Source: Octopus bimaculoides (lineage: Eukaryota). Taken from it: a stretch of 36,721 bases of DNA. Below the pieces are notes generated by a model. That model had not been told where the DNA came from, ran no database searches, and was given only the letters and a program-made list of their open reading frames with translations. The DNA is taken from assembly GCF_001194135.2 (NCBI RefSeq), contig NC_068995.1:27593986-27630706 (forward strand). The letters are read 5' to 3'. Position 1 is the first letter of the stretch, and each line of letters begins with the position of its first letter. Of this stretch, positions 11,936-22,339 are shown one piece after another. The translations under genes and the position numbers were made by a program.

Positions 11936-13651
11936 TCTATGTGTATAGTTTTATACTGTATCTTCCGATTAGAAGGCGACAATAGATCAAAAGAAACGAA
12001 AACAAAGTCGTTAAACGAAAAACAAACGTAACAAATGTTGTGAAATTAGCAACAAAATGTGTAGCCAAGAATTATTGAATAATTATTTTCTGTGGCTATC
12101 GAGATTAAAATGCCCTGATTTAAAAATTAAGTGTTCCATGCCTTGTTTAGCTCCTGAAATTCAAAGAAGGAAATTTAATAGTTTGGTCGGAAACTTAATT
12201 TGATCAAAATAACTTCATGAGACTAAGCCCAAAATAACGAGAAACAAAATTGATTAAAGTCATTTTTATAATACATTGCATGAGATGGAAAAAAAAACCC
12301 ACAGAGATTGAGAGGAACTAAAAATACTTCCTTAATACTTTTAAACCAGACTAAGAAAATCTTATCACAAGATAACCTTTTCAATGTACTATAAAAAATA
12401 TAATTTAATACTGAAATGAAAATCATTAACAAGAATGCTTTGATCTCCATGTATGTGGAAGTTACGAGTCATTGGATAAACATTTTCGTAGCCAGTTCAA
12501 TTTATGGAATGGTCACGGCCAAGTATATATGATAAAGCTGCAATGTAACGTAAATTTTACAAGAAGAAAATTTATAAATGTTTATAATGATCGTACTGCA
12601 TTTTCTTCGTTTGTCAATTGTAAGTGGTGTTGCTTTATCGTGTAATAACGGAAATCTAACTGCAATTCTCGAATACGAATCAAGTTTCAATTTATATAAA
12701 ATATGGTTTCTTTCATTTTTTTTTTTTAGTATCTTTAATTTACTGCATTTGACACCAGATCTTTGGTACTAGTATGCTTTTACACCTCACCCAACAGATT
12801 TGCTTTTCACCTAAACAATTCCGCTTTTTATACTTTCGTTTTATACCCACCTACCTGGTAAAATATTCTATGAAAATAATCATCAAATACATTCAAATCT
12901 AAAATTATCGTGAAGTTATTAATACCCATTTGAAATAAAATGGCAACATTATTCTTTAGCTATACAAATAAAATAAACTACCATGGAAATTCAGAATATT
13001 CGTCAAAGAAATTATGCAAATGATACAAACATAAATGTCACTAAAAACTCCTTACATATAGTTCGGTTCGAGGTTTAAAAGCGTGTTAAATTTTGTACCG
13101 TTATATTTATTGAAGCAAATAATTGCAGAAGACGAAATCGTTTATCTCTTAATGGATATCAAAATGTAAACTGTGAAACTGAAAATGAAATGACATACAT
13201 GAATGGTAACATACTGGGAAAGCGCCAATATCAGTTGAAATCATGTCATTATCCTTTATGAAAACTTCTAGTTCAAAGAAAGAAAAAATAAAATTTGAAA
13301 CTTTTTTTTTTTGGTGCACATACAATCTATTAAATTTGAATTTTTTTTTTCCAACTATAGGCATCGTATTATTTTAATAAGTTATGAAAATAAACATTGC
13401 AGAGAACTAACTAACGAGAAAGCCTCTATGCGATCGCTTGATTTGTTAGAAATAGTAGCCGATTTTCCCTCAAATTATGCCCTGCAATCTTGAAAATAAA
13501 GACAGGATTGGATAATGCAGTCCTAAATACTCATTAAAAAAAAACGAAATGATCATAGGTGGAACAGCTTTGATCGTTTGATCGGGGGGTGGGGGTAAAC
13601 TTGATGCTAACAATACATAACAAAAACATCGACAGAAAAATCCATATAAAT

Positions 13652-13657
13652 ACGTAC
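13652..13657 (-). other. 5' splice donor (AAG|GTACGT), phase 0
   Basis: Plus-strand tacgtacctt at 13651-13660 reads AAG|GTACGTA on the minus strand, exactly after codon 138 of the ORF. Confidence 0.75.
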
Positions 13658-14071
13658 CTTGACAAGATCTTTTTGATTATCCTTAAGAGTTGCTGAATCC
13701 ATTCCGGCTGGAAGTTCTTCCCTACTAGTTTCCAAACCAGAAGGGCTTGGATTAGAACTTGAAACCGAACCTTCATGATCGGGTGAGCCACTCGGTGCTA
13801 TAGTAGTTAGAGTTGTCGTACCACAAATGACACTAGCACCGCAACTAATATTTTGAATGGTGCTTCCAGTAATGCTAGAAGTAGCAGCACTATTTGGATT
13901 ACTAGTACTGTTACCACCAACAACACTTAAATTACTGCAATAACCAGCACCGCCACTGCTGTGACCGGCAAGCACTGTGCTTACTCCTGTGTAATCAGCT
14001 AACCTTTCTGCGGCAGCAGCATTTTCGCGGGATTTGCTTCCGTCTCGAGATTTTCCTTTTCTTGAACTCAT
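13658..14071 (-). CDS. First coding exon of an unidentified host gene (Ser/Thr/Gly-rich, likely disordered N-terminus)
   Basis: MSSRKGKSRDGSKSRENAAAAERL...EELPAGMDSATLKDNQKDLVK: 414 nt open, with higher GC than the flanks. The start context is ttaaacaATGA (A at -3). It ends at a strong donor and has no TE similarity. Confidence 0.8.
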
Positions 14072-15290
14072 TGTTTAAGTTTCATTCAGAATGAAGAAAC
14101 CAGAGGAATTAAAAAAAAAAAAATTAAGTAAGAAATAAAAATAGAATGACATCAATATGATAAAGATAGATAATTGAGTGATAAGTGTTTCAAATTTTAG
14201 TCGAGGAGATAGAGATGCCAACTTCAAGGAAAATCCGTTGGTATATGAGGAGCATACTTTAACACAGGGAATTACCACTTAACTTCAACTGTTGTAACTT
14301 TGAGATTAAATCATGAAAATGATTGCATTGCGCTGTTAAGAATAATGCATGTGATAAAAATACAAATACAAAAAACATTTTATATTTTATGCCAAATTTC
14401 ATGTCTTAGTTTTCCTCGGATATACACAATTTAATTTTGATGTGATATATAAAACTCAATACTGTTCGAATGCTCTCGTTATTCTTTTTACAAAATCACA
14501 CCTACATACAGAAAAATAAAGAAAAGTAGGTTCTCTTCAAAGACATGATAAAAATATTTCATGTAATTTTCGTAAGATATATTATCGATTTCTTTTAATC
14601 TCTGTACAGCTGTTTATGGGTTTTTTTCTGTATTAGGTACATACTCAAATTTCTTTCGATGTAGCGAAATCTGCATTTTTTTTTTTGTAACTGATGAAAA
14701 AAAAACAATCATTTAATAATTCTATGCATTTTTATATTTTATAATAGTTCTTGGTTCATTTTGTAAGTCTGTTTTCTTGTTTACTCTTTTGTTTATAGGG
14801 ATCCGGTTTCATAATGCTTATTAGACAGGTAGCTGTGTAGTGAAAATGCCACTATTATCCGCCTTCTCATTGATGATATGGTTGGTGACGATGGAAGCTG
14901 GACGTTAATTTAGTCTTTTAATTAATCGGCATTTTTAGTGACAATTATAATTCTGGGAACCGAAAATCAAAATTATATTATACGTAAGTCATAGTATTAG
15001 TGTCTGGTGAAGACCCTTCAGTATTGGGCTTTCCTACGTATTCTTTTCTTATACTTGATGGATAAGGATTCTCTGATCTGCCTGTCTGTCACTATAACGA
15101 GGCAATGACATATATTCACATCTTCCTTGTTCTGTTGTTGCCGTTATAAAGCGACTAGTGGGCATCCAACAAATGGTAAATTACATTCAAGCAGACATTT
15201 ATTTTCGCTGTTCTTATATAGACAATATGCATCTAAGAAAAGTAAATCTGTTGGAAATTACTAAAACATTAAGTAAAAGACAATACCATC

Positions 15291-15363
15291 CTTCCGTTCA
15301 GTCGGCCTTCTGCTGGTAATGCGCAGAATAGTAGTGCGCATGAGATTAAAGGAAGTGACGTCA
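15291..15363. promoter_or_regulatory. Core-promoter motif cluster: ETS site, two TGCGCA (NRF1-like) half sites and an overlapping ETS-CRE
   Basis: CTTCCG at 15291, TGCGCA at 15320, TGCGCATG at 15335 and GGAAGTGACGTCA at 15351-15363. The cluster lies 1.2-1.3 kb upstream of the ATG in a CpG-retaining zone. Confidence 0.6.
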
Positions 15364-16630
15364 AACACACTTGTTTAGCAGAGAGTTTGTAAAGTACGGA
15401 TGTATATATGGAATGAAATGGTTTTATTTCGATCATTTTATTGTTTACATAAAAATAATATTTATAGTGTGTATTTGTGAAAATATAACACGTAAATGCA
15501 ACACGATAAAAAACATATAAAAATAATTACAGGATTTTGTTTCATTAAAAAATATATCAACATAGAATTCGTTACATCCTATTAATTATGTTAGTAACTT
15601 ACAAAATTGGTGACAACACATTCGTGATAATTCGGTACTTTCTCATAAACGTTAGTGATGCAGAAGTTTGATACATAGTTATATTTTTCTGTAAATACGA
15701 CCAAACATTCACAAAAACTGTTAGTATAACACAAGTGGATACTTGAAATACGACTGAAGACGATTTCTTTTTTAAAGACCTAATATCTAGGGTTTTAAAT
15801 TATTAGTGGACAGAATGTGCACATAACACATTGACATAGTCCTAATCGGTGAAATAATATAATTTGTTGAAACTTGTAACGTTCTGAGTGTACAAATAGA
15901 TCAAAAGTTAGAATACACTTTATGCCGGGGGAAGAAAAGAAACTTAACGTTTCGGATGTTTATCCTTCTTCAGAGAGAAAGAAAAGATACAAGTCTCATT
16001 ACTACACAACAAAATTCCATGAGGTATTTTACACGCAAATGGAATTGTTATAGTGAAAGAAAAATATATGATAATCCTGTTCACAACAGCAAAAAAAATA
16101 TAATAATATGCTTTAATGAATTGCAACTAAGTTATTTGTAGCTTAATATTGACCAAATCAAAATTACTTCAAGAAGCAAAAAAAAGCTTCAAAAACAAAC
16201 ATGAATTTCTAGATTCTCTGCAGACATTCACTGGATCGCAAGTTGAGAAAATTAAGGGATGTGCAGGGATAACAACAATAGATTATTTAAATCACCTTCC
16301 TTTCCTTTTTTTCAATGCCTCTTGTTGTCTTAGTGACATCACAATTCAAAGTGATCAAACAGTACATGTTCTTAAAAAGATTGTGAGTGCATGTTTGAAA
16401 ATGGAATGTGAAAAAGCTCAAGTTCAATTTCACACAACCAAACTTGCTGTGAAAATTAGGGGTCTTTGACTGATCCAGAAAAATACAGTAGAAAACAGCA
16501 AATACAACTTCCCTTGTTGCATTTGTAATCTGTTACACCCTATTTGAAAAATTATATCAATATAATGCCAGGTAATGGAATAATATACTACACCAATGCA
16601 TAAAGGAATTTACAAGTGAAGTACATTGAT

Positions 16631-16810
16631 TTTTATCTTTTACTTGTTTCATTCATTTAACTGCAGCCATGCTGGGGAACTACCTTAAGAGTTTTTAAAG
16701 CTATCAGTCTCTTTTGCTGAACCATTAAGTTACAGGGACATAAATACACCAACAACGATTGACAAACAGTGATTAGAGACAAACACAAACACACACACAC
16801 ACACATAGAT
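16631..16810 (-). mobile_element. tRNA-derived SINE, 3' part
   Basis: tttacttgtttcattcatttaactgcagccatgctgggg...ctaagttacaggg-like block of the same family as 7176. Confidence 0.8.
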
Positions 16811-16815
16811 ATATA

Positions 16816-16856
<41 letters not shown>

Positions 16857-17478
16857 NNNNNNNNNNNNNNNNNNNNNNNNNNNNNNNNNNNNNNNNNNNN
16901 NNNNNNNNNNNNNNNNNNNNNNNNNNNNNNNNNNNNNNNNNNNNNNNNNNNNNNNNNNNNNNNNNNNNNNNNNNNNNNNNNNNNNNNNNNNNNNNNNNNN
17001 NNNNNNNNNNNNNNNNNNNNNNNNNNNNNNNNNNNNNNNNNNNNNNNNNNNNNNNNNNNNNNNNNNNNNNNNNNNNNNNNNNNNNNNNNNNNNNNNNNNN
17101 NNNNNNNNNNNNNNNNNNNNNNNNNNNNNNNNNNNNNNNNNNNNNNNNNNNNNNNNNNNNNNNNNNNNNNNNNNNNNNNNNNNNNNNNNNNNNNNNNNNN
17201 NNNNNNNNNNNNNNNNNNNNNNNNNNNNNNNNNNNNNNNNNNNNNNNNNNNNNNNNNNNNNNNNNNNNNNNNNNNNNNNNNNNNNNNNNNNNNNNNNNNN
17301 NNNNNNNNNNNNNNNNNNNNNNNNNNNNNNNNNNNNNNNNNNNNNNNNNNNNNNNNNNNNNNNNNNNNNNNNNNNNNNNNNNNNNNNNNNNNNNNNNNNN
17401 NNNNNNNNNNNNNNNNNNNNNNNNNNNNNNNNNNNNNNNNNNNNNNNNNNNNNNNNNNNNNNNNNNNNNNNNNNNNNA
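16857..17478. other. Assembly gap (N run)
   Basis: N characters. Other gaps lie at about 18353-18507, 19936-20474, 27513-28298, 31810-32458, 34520-34529 and 34791-34800. Confidence 1.
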
Positions 17479-18150
17479 TTAACATCCTGAAAGATTGCAT
17501 TTCCCTCTGGAAACAGTACCACAACCATAGGATGAATTTGATCAGATAAAATGCTTAAATAGTCTTGACTATTAAATCTGTCATGAAAGGAAACCATTGG
17601 GCCAGCGGATTTCCAAGATATAGCCCCTCCAACCAGATCATCACAGTTCCTCCTTCATGTTGGAAGAGGGCAGTCTGGGTCAAATGCTTCTTTTGGCTGT
17701 CTCCACACATATACTTAGCCAGTGGTCAGAAATAAGGTAAAGGATGACTCATCTGTGAAAATAACATACTTCCACTGCTCTAGGGACCAATTCTGTGGGT
17801 TTTTACTCCACTCTAAACACTTTGCAACATTTGTTTTTGAAAGCAATGGTTTTCTGATTGCAGCCCTATCATGAAATCCAGCTTTGTGCAGCTCCTGGCA
17901 AAAGGTTTTTGTGGAAACTGGGTTCTTGTGGTGGTCATTAGACTCTGCAGTAATATTGGGAGTTGTACTTTTGTGATCCTTTCTAACAATTCGTATAAGA
18001 GTCCAATGGTCCCTATCTGAAAGTTTTGGTTTTCTTCCAGAGTTTTGTTTCAACAAAGACTGTCATTACTTTCTTGATGCACCAAACATTTTGGCTGTTT
18101 TCATTATGCCTGCCATAAGAGCACCAACAATTTGACCTCTTTGAAGCAAT
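17479..18150 (-). mobile_element. Tc1-like transposase remnant (N-terminal HTH to second catalytic D), DD36E type
   Basis: FQRGQIVGA, NSGRKPKLSDRD, VIFTDESSFTLF, VYVWRQPKEAFDPDC and FPEGNAIFQD. Truncated by the gap. Confidence 0.9.
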
Positions 18151-18284
18151 TTTGGATGAATGGGTTTATCTTTTGGTATCTTGTGTCACTAAAGTGTAGG
18201 AAGTATGTTCTTTTTAAGGAGCATTTTTATGTAGATTTTTTTAACCTTCAGGGAGACCCCCTTCATGAAATTTCACAGTATAGG

Positions 18285-18351
18285 ATGTGGCCTCCTTGAG
18301 CACGGGGCCCAATTGGAAGCAATCAGTCCAATTGGCTTAAGGCTGGCCCTG
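18285..18351 (-). mobile_element. Probable terminus of a hAT-like non-autonomous element
   Basis: The reverse complement begins CAGGGCCAGCCTTAAG...GGGCCCC, resembling hAT MITE ends. The partner end is not visible. Confidence 0.35.
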
Positions 18352-18507
18352 TNNNNNNNNNNNNNNNNNNNNNNNNNNNNNNNNNNNNNNNNNNNNNNNN
18401 NNNNNNNNNNNNNNNNNNNNNNNNNNNNNNNNNNNNNNNNNNNNNNNNNNNNNNNNNNNNNNNNNNNNNNNNNNNNNNNNNNNNNNNNNNNNNNNNNNNN
18501 NNNNNNN

Positions 18508-18541
<34 letters not shown>

Positions 18542-18543
18542 AC

Positions 18544-18595
<52 letters not shown>

Positions 18596-18859
18596 GTATG
18601 TATATATGTATGCATGCATGTATGCGTGTGTGTATATATTTACATTAATATGTATATAGATTGAGTTACACTTTATCACCACTGACTAGCTGTTTGCTGT
18701 ATCATATATTTTGATTTCTATTAATTCCCTTGGGAATTCTTTAACCAACTATTTTGCTAAAATTGTTTATTTATTTTTTTAAATCTTAATTCTTTCTCTA
18801 AGACTTCAGATATTTTATTTGAAACCAAAGTCTTTTTCATGAGCCCTTTACATACTAGT

Positions 18860-18941
18860 ATGGGCCCTTGTATATGAACTCTAATGTCTTAGGAGCCCAC
18901 TTGCCATCAGGCAAGCTGGCAATCTGGCCAGTCCACCACTG
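18860..18941 (-). mobile_element. Probable terminus of a hAT-like element
   Basis: The reverse complement begins CAGTGGTGGACTGGCCAG, abutting TA repeats. The partner end is not visible. Confidence 0.3.
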
Positions 18942-18966
18942 TATACATATATATATACATATATAC

Positions 18967-19113
18967 AACAAGCTACTTTTGATTTCTGTCTAGTAAATCT
19001 ACTCACAAGGTTTTGGTAAACCTGAGGCTATACTAGAAGACACTTGCCCAAGGTGCCACGCAGTGATGCTAAACCCAGAACCTTGTGGTTGGGAAGCAAG
19101 TTTCTTACCACAA
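18967..19113 (-). mobile_element. tRNA-derived SINE, 5' head/core
   Basis: actcacaaggttttgg..gaggctatactagaagacacttgcccaaggtgccacgcagtg..aaccttgtggttgggaagcaag matches 7440-7460 joined to 7960-8030. Confidence 0.85.
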
Positions 19114-19703
19114 CCCATTTTTTTTTACCTGACCAAATATTTTTTCTAACTTGACTAGATAGACCTTATTTTCAAGCTACAAAAAGTTTATTTGTATTGT
19201 TTTAAAGTTGCAATAGTATATAATTTGCATTGACATCATGAAGAATACTTCTTTGCATTCTTTGATAACAAACAGTATACATTCCTTGCAGAAGCAGAAG
19301 CCATGTAAAATATATTTACATGCTGGCACAATTACACAAGAGCAGTTTAGAATCTGAACTTCTCATATATAATATTAGACTTGTGAAAAACCTCACAAAC
19401 AGAAAGTTGTAGTATTCAAGGAAAGTTGTAGCATTCAGAAAGTTGTAGTATTAAGAAAGTTGAAGTATTCAAGGAAAGTCATTATAAGGAATCCAAAACA
19501 GCAAAATAATTTATATATGTAAATGCATCTATCAATATACAGCTGTGTGGGTGTACTGAAACACACACGCTCTTGTATGTTTTAAATATATATATATATA
19601 TATATGTATAGTTGTATGCTGTTAACTTAATGTGACAGTCCCACGAAGGGAATAATACTACTGCTTTTAGCCCTAGGAAGCAGTACCACTTCCTGTCGGC
19701 CTT

Positions 19704-19935
19704 GGCACATTTCCTGTGTCCTTGTGTTTACAAGGGGGAGACAAGCACCTTCACTCAGCTAAGCCTGCATCCAGAGACTAGTTTCTGAGTCTTTGCTCAT
19801 CATCAGTCTGGAGTAGCATGGTCTGCTAGTTGGTGAAGATGAGCAAAAACTCAGAAACTAGTCTCTGGATGCAGGCTTCGCTGGGTGGAGGTGCTTGTCT
19901 CCCCCTTGTAAACATAAGGACACAAGAAATGTGTC
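19704..19935. repeat. 102-bp inverted repeat (8 mismatches) with a 28-nt spacer
   Basis: 19704-19805 is the reverse complement of 19834-19935. The right arm is cut by the gap. Confidence 0.95.
19770..19812 (-). ncRNA. Minimal type-I hammerhead ribozyme motif (HHR-1)
   Basis: The minus strand reads TCCAGA-CTGATGA-TGAG-CAAAGA-CTCA-GAAAC-TA-GTC-TCTGGA. This gives a 6-bp stem I, a complete catalytic core, a 4-bp stem II, a palindromic ACTAGT stem III and a GUC cleavage triplet. Confidence 0.85.
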
Positions 19936-20474
19936 NNNNNNNNNNNNNNNNNNNNNNNNNNNNNNNNNNNNNNNNNNNNNNNNNNNNNNNNNNNNNNNNN
20001 NNNNNNNNNNNNNNNNNNNNNNNNNNNNNNNNNNNNNNNNNNNNNNNNNNNNNNNNNNNNNNNNNNNNNNNNNNNNNNNNNNNNNNNNNNNNNNNNNNNN
20101 NNNNNNNNNNNNNNNNNNNNNNNNNNNNNNNNNNNNNNNNNNNNNNNNNNNNNNNNNNNNNNNNNNNNNNNNNNNNNNNNNNNNNNNNNNNNNNNNNNNN
20201 NNNNNNNNNNNNNNNNNNNNNNNNNNNNNNNNNNNNNNNNNNNNNNNNNNNNNNNNNNNNNNNNNNNNNNNNNNNNNNNNNNNNNNNNNNNNNNNNNNNN
20301 NNNNNNNNNNNNNNNNNNNNNNNNNNNNNNNNNNNNNNNNNNNNNNNNNNNNNNNNNNNNNNNNNNNNNNNNNNNNNNNNNNNNNNNNNNNNNNNNNNNN
20401 NNNNNNNNNNNNNNNNNNNNNNNNNNNNNNNNNNNNNNNNNNNNNNNNNNNNNNNNNNNNNNNNNNNNNNNNNN

Positions 20475-20504
<30 letters not shown>

Positions 20505-20506
<2 letters not shown>

Positions 20507-21795
20507 CTCTTTTACTTGTTTTACCCATGCGGATGTGCTCATGCTGCAGCACTACCATGGTCTTTCTGACTTCCTCAGTCTGGATGTTTCACATCACCAC
20601 ACCTGTATGCGCCTTTGTCCCAGTTGTTGGTACATTTGGTGTATAAAGGAATTTGATTCCACTGCCCTCATCTGTACCTTATGTCAGTCTGTTGGTTCAT
20701 GCGGTATTGTGGAGAGGAGAATGTCTAGTTCCTTTTTGAAGACATCTACTTCCACCTTATGCAAATTTCTTCATTTTTGTGGAAGGACATTGAAGAGCTG
20801 TGGGCCTTTGAACCCTAGACTATTGCAGTACCTGGTCCTGAAATTAGATGGAGTGGATGGTATTTTTGGTACAAATGGTGGCCAGTTCTGGCATTTGTAT
20901 AACACTCAATGCCAAAGTTAGATACTAGCCCTTCTAGGATTTTGCATATGTATATTGTTGCATTTCTCTCACACTTTAGCTCCAGGGAGTAAAGCTGTGC
21001 TTTTCTCAGCCTATCCCTGTAGCTCATCCGTTATACTGTTTCAATCTTTTTAATGTAGTGGCATTGGACTGCATCAAGCTCCACTATTAGTTTGGCACAA
21101 TGTGGTGACCATAACTGGGAGTAGTAGTCCAGGTGGCTGAGAACAAAGGTTCTCCACAGGGTCAACATAGTTTCTTGGTCTCTTGTCTTGAATGACCTCA
21201 GTATCCATCCTGCCAGCTGTCTGCACTTTATTGCCATCTTGCTAATGTACATATAAAATGATGTGTCATTGCACGCACAGATCCCCAAGTCTTTTAGTGC
21301 CTGTGACTCTGGGATTGTACTGCCTTCGGGTCCTGTATATGTAGATTGTACTGTATTTGTGAGTTGATAGTGCAGGGCTTGAAATTTCCCAGCATTAAAC
21401 TGCATGTTATTTCAGCCCACTTGTATATTGAATTTAGGTCCCACTTGTGATATCATCTTGGTTTTTTTTATTGCCTGTGATAATTTTGTACCATCGGCAT
21501 AGCTAGTGACAATGGCTGTTCAAGTGACTGTGAGTATGTCTAAGAGGGCTATTATGAACAGTAATTTCTCTAGAACAGTTTCCTGGGAAACACCACTTAG
21601 GATTTGAGTTTCAACAGAAAGGGTGCCATTGGCTGCAACTACCTGACTTCTGTTTTTAAGGAAGTCATGCAGCCACTCTCCCAGTTTACCAGCAATGCCA
21701 AGGTCTTGTAGCTTATAACTTATCATGCCATGATCTACCTTATGAAATGCCTTTGCAAAGTCAAGGTATTTCACACTGACATCTGAATGGTCAAG
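20505..21795 (-). mobile_element. CR1-like LINE, RT to 3' tail
   Basis: YLDFAKAFHKVDHG, MQFNAGKFQAL, LSHLDYYSQLWSP and SYRDRLRKAQLYSLE. The tail reads ...aaacaagtaaaagagt on the minus strand. Confidence 0.85.
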
Positions 21796-22106
21796 CAGCT
21801 GTTTCAAAATAGTGATGATGGTGTAGGATATCGACTCCTTACTTGTTTTTCCAAAATGCACCATAAATGTTCGATGATATTGAGATCTGGGGACTGTGGT
21901 GGCCAGATAAGATGTTCAACTTCACTAGAATGTTCCTTGTGCCATTCACTAAGAAATTTAGCTGTGTGAATTGGTGCATTATCATCCTGAAAGATTGCAT
22001 TTCCCTCTGGAAACAGTACCGCAACCATAGGATGAATTTGATCAGATAAAATGCTTAAATAGTCTTGACCATTAATTCTGCCATGAAGGGAAACCATTGG
22101 GCCAGA
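21796..22106 (-). mobile_element. Tc1-like transposase remnant, catalytic C-terminal part (DD36E)
   Basis: FQDDNAPIHTAKFLSEWHKEHSSEVEHLIWPPQSPDLNIIEHLW. 21983-22106 is highly similar to 17479-17603. Confidence 0.9.
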
Positions 22107-22270
22107 GGATAGTGGAGTTAGTTCAAAGGGATATATAATCCTGGCAGTTACTGTATTTCCTCTTAAATCAATTTTATATGCTGGGTAACTACAGTAAGCC
22201 TTTGGTGATACCCCAGTGAATCTTATTATTAACTCAGGTATCACTAAAGGTTTACTGTGATTAACCAGTG

Positions 22271-22308
<38 letters not shown>

Positions 22309-22339
22309 CAATGTATCATATATCCGAAAATGAAGCACA

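Noticed and set aside
13481-13502. Acceptor-like tttattttcaagattgcag on the minus strand just downstream of the donor
   Set aside because: The phase-0 continuation hits a stop after three codons (GGC ATA ATT TGA).
13607-13657. C-terminal 16 aa of the 154-aa ORF (VRIYMDFSVDVFVMYC)
   Set aside because: It lies past the GT donor and is AT-rich intron read-through.
16149-16469. 106-aa plus-strand ORF downstream of the promoter cluster
   Set aside because: It has a non-ATG (TTG) start, intergenic-like composition and no recognisable domain or splice signals.
19400-19480. Four copies of gaaagttgtagtatt(c)aag; similar short duplications at 4905-4950 and 22660-22725
   Set aside because: These are ordinary slippage-derived minisatellites with no further structure.
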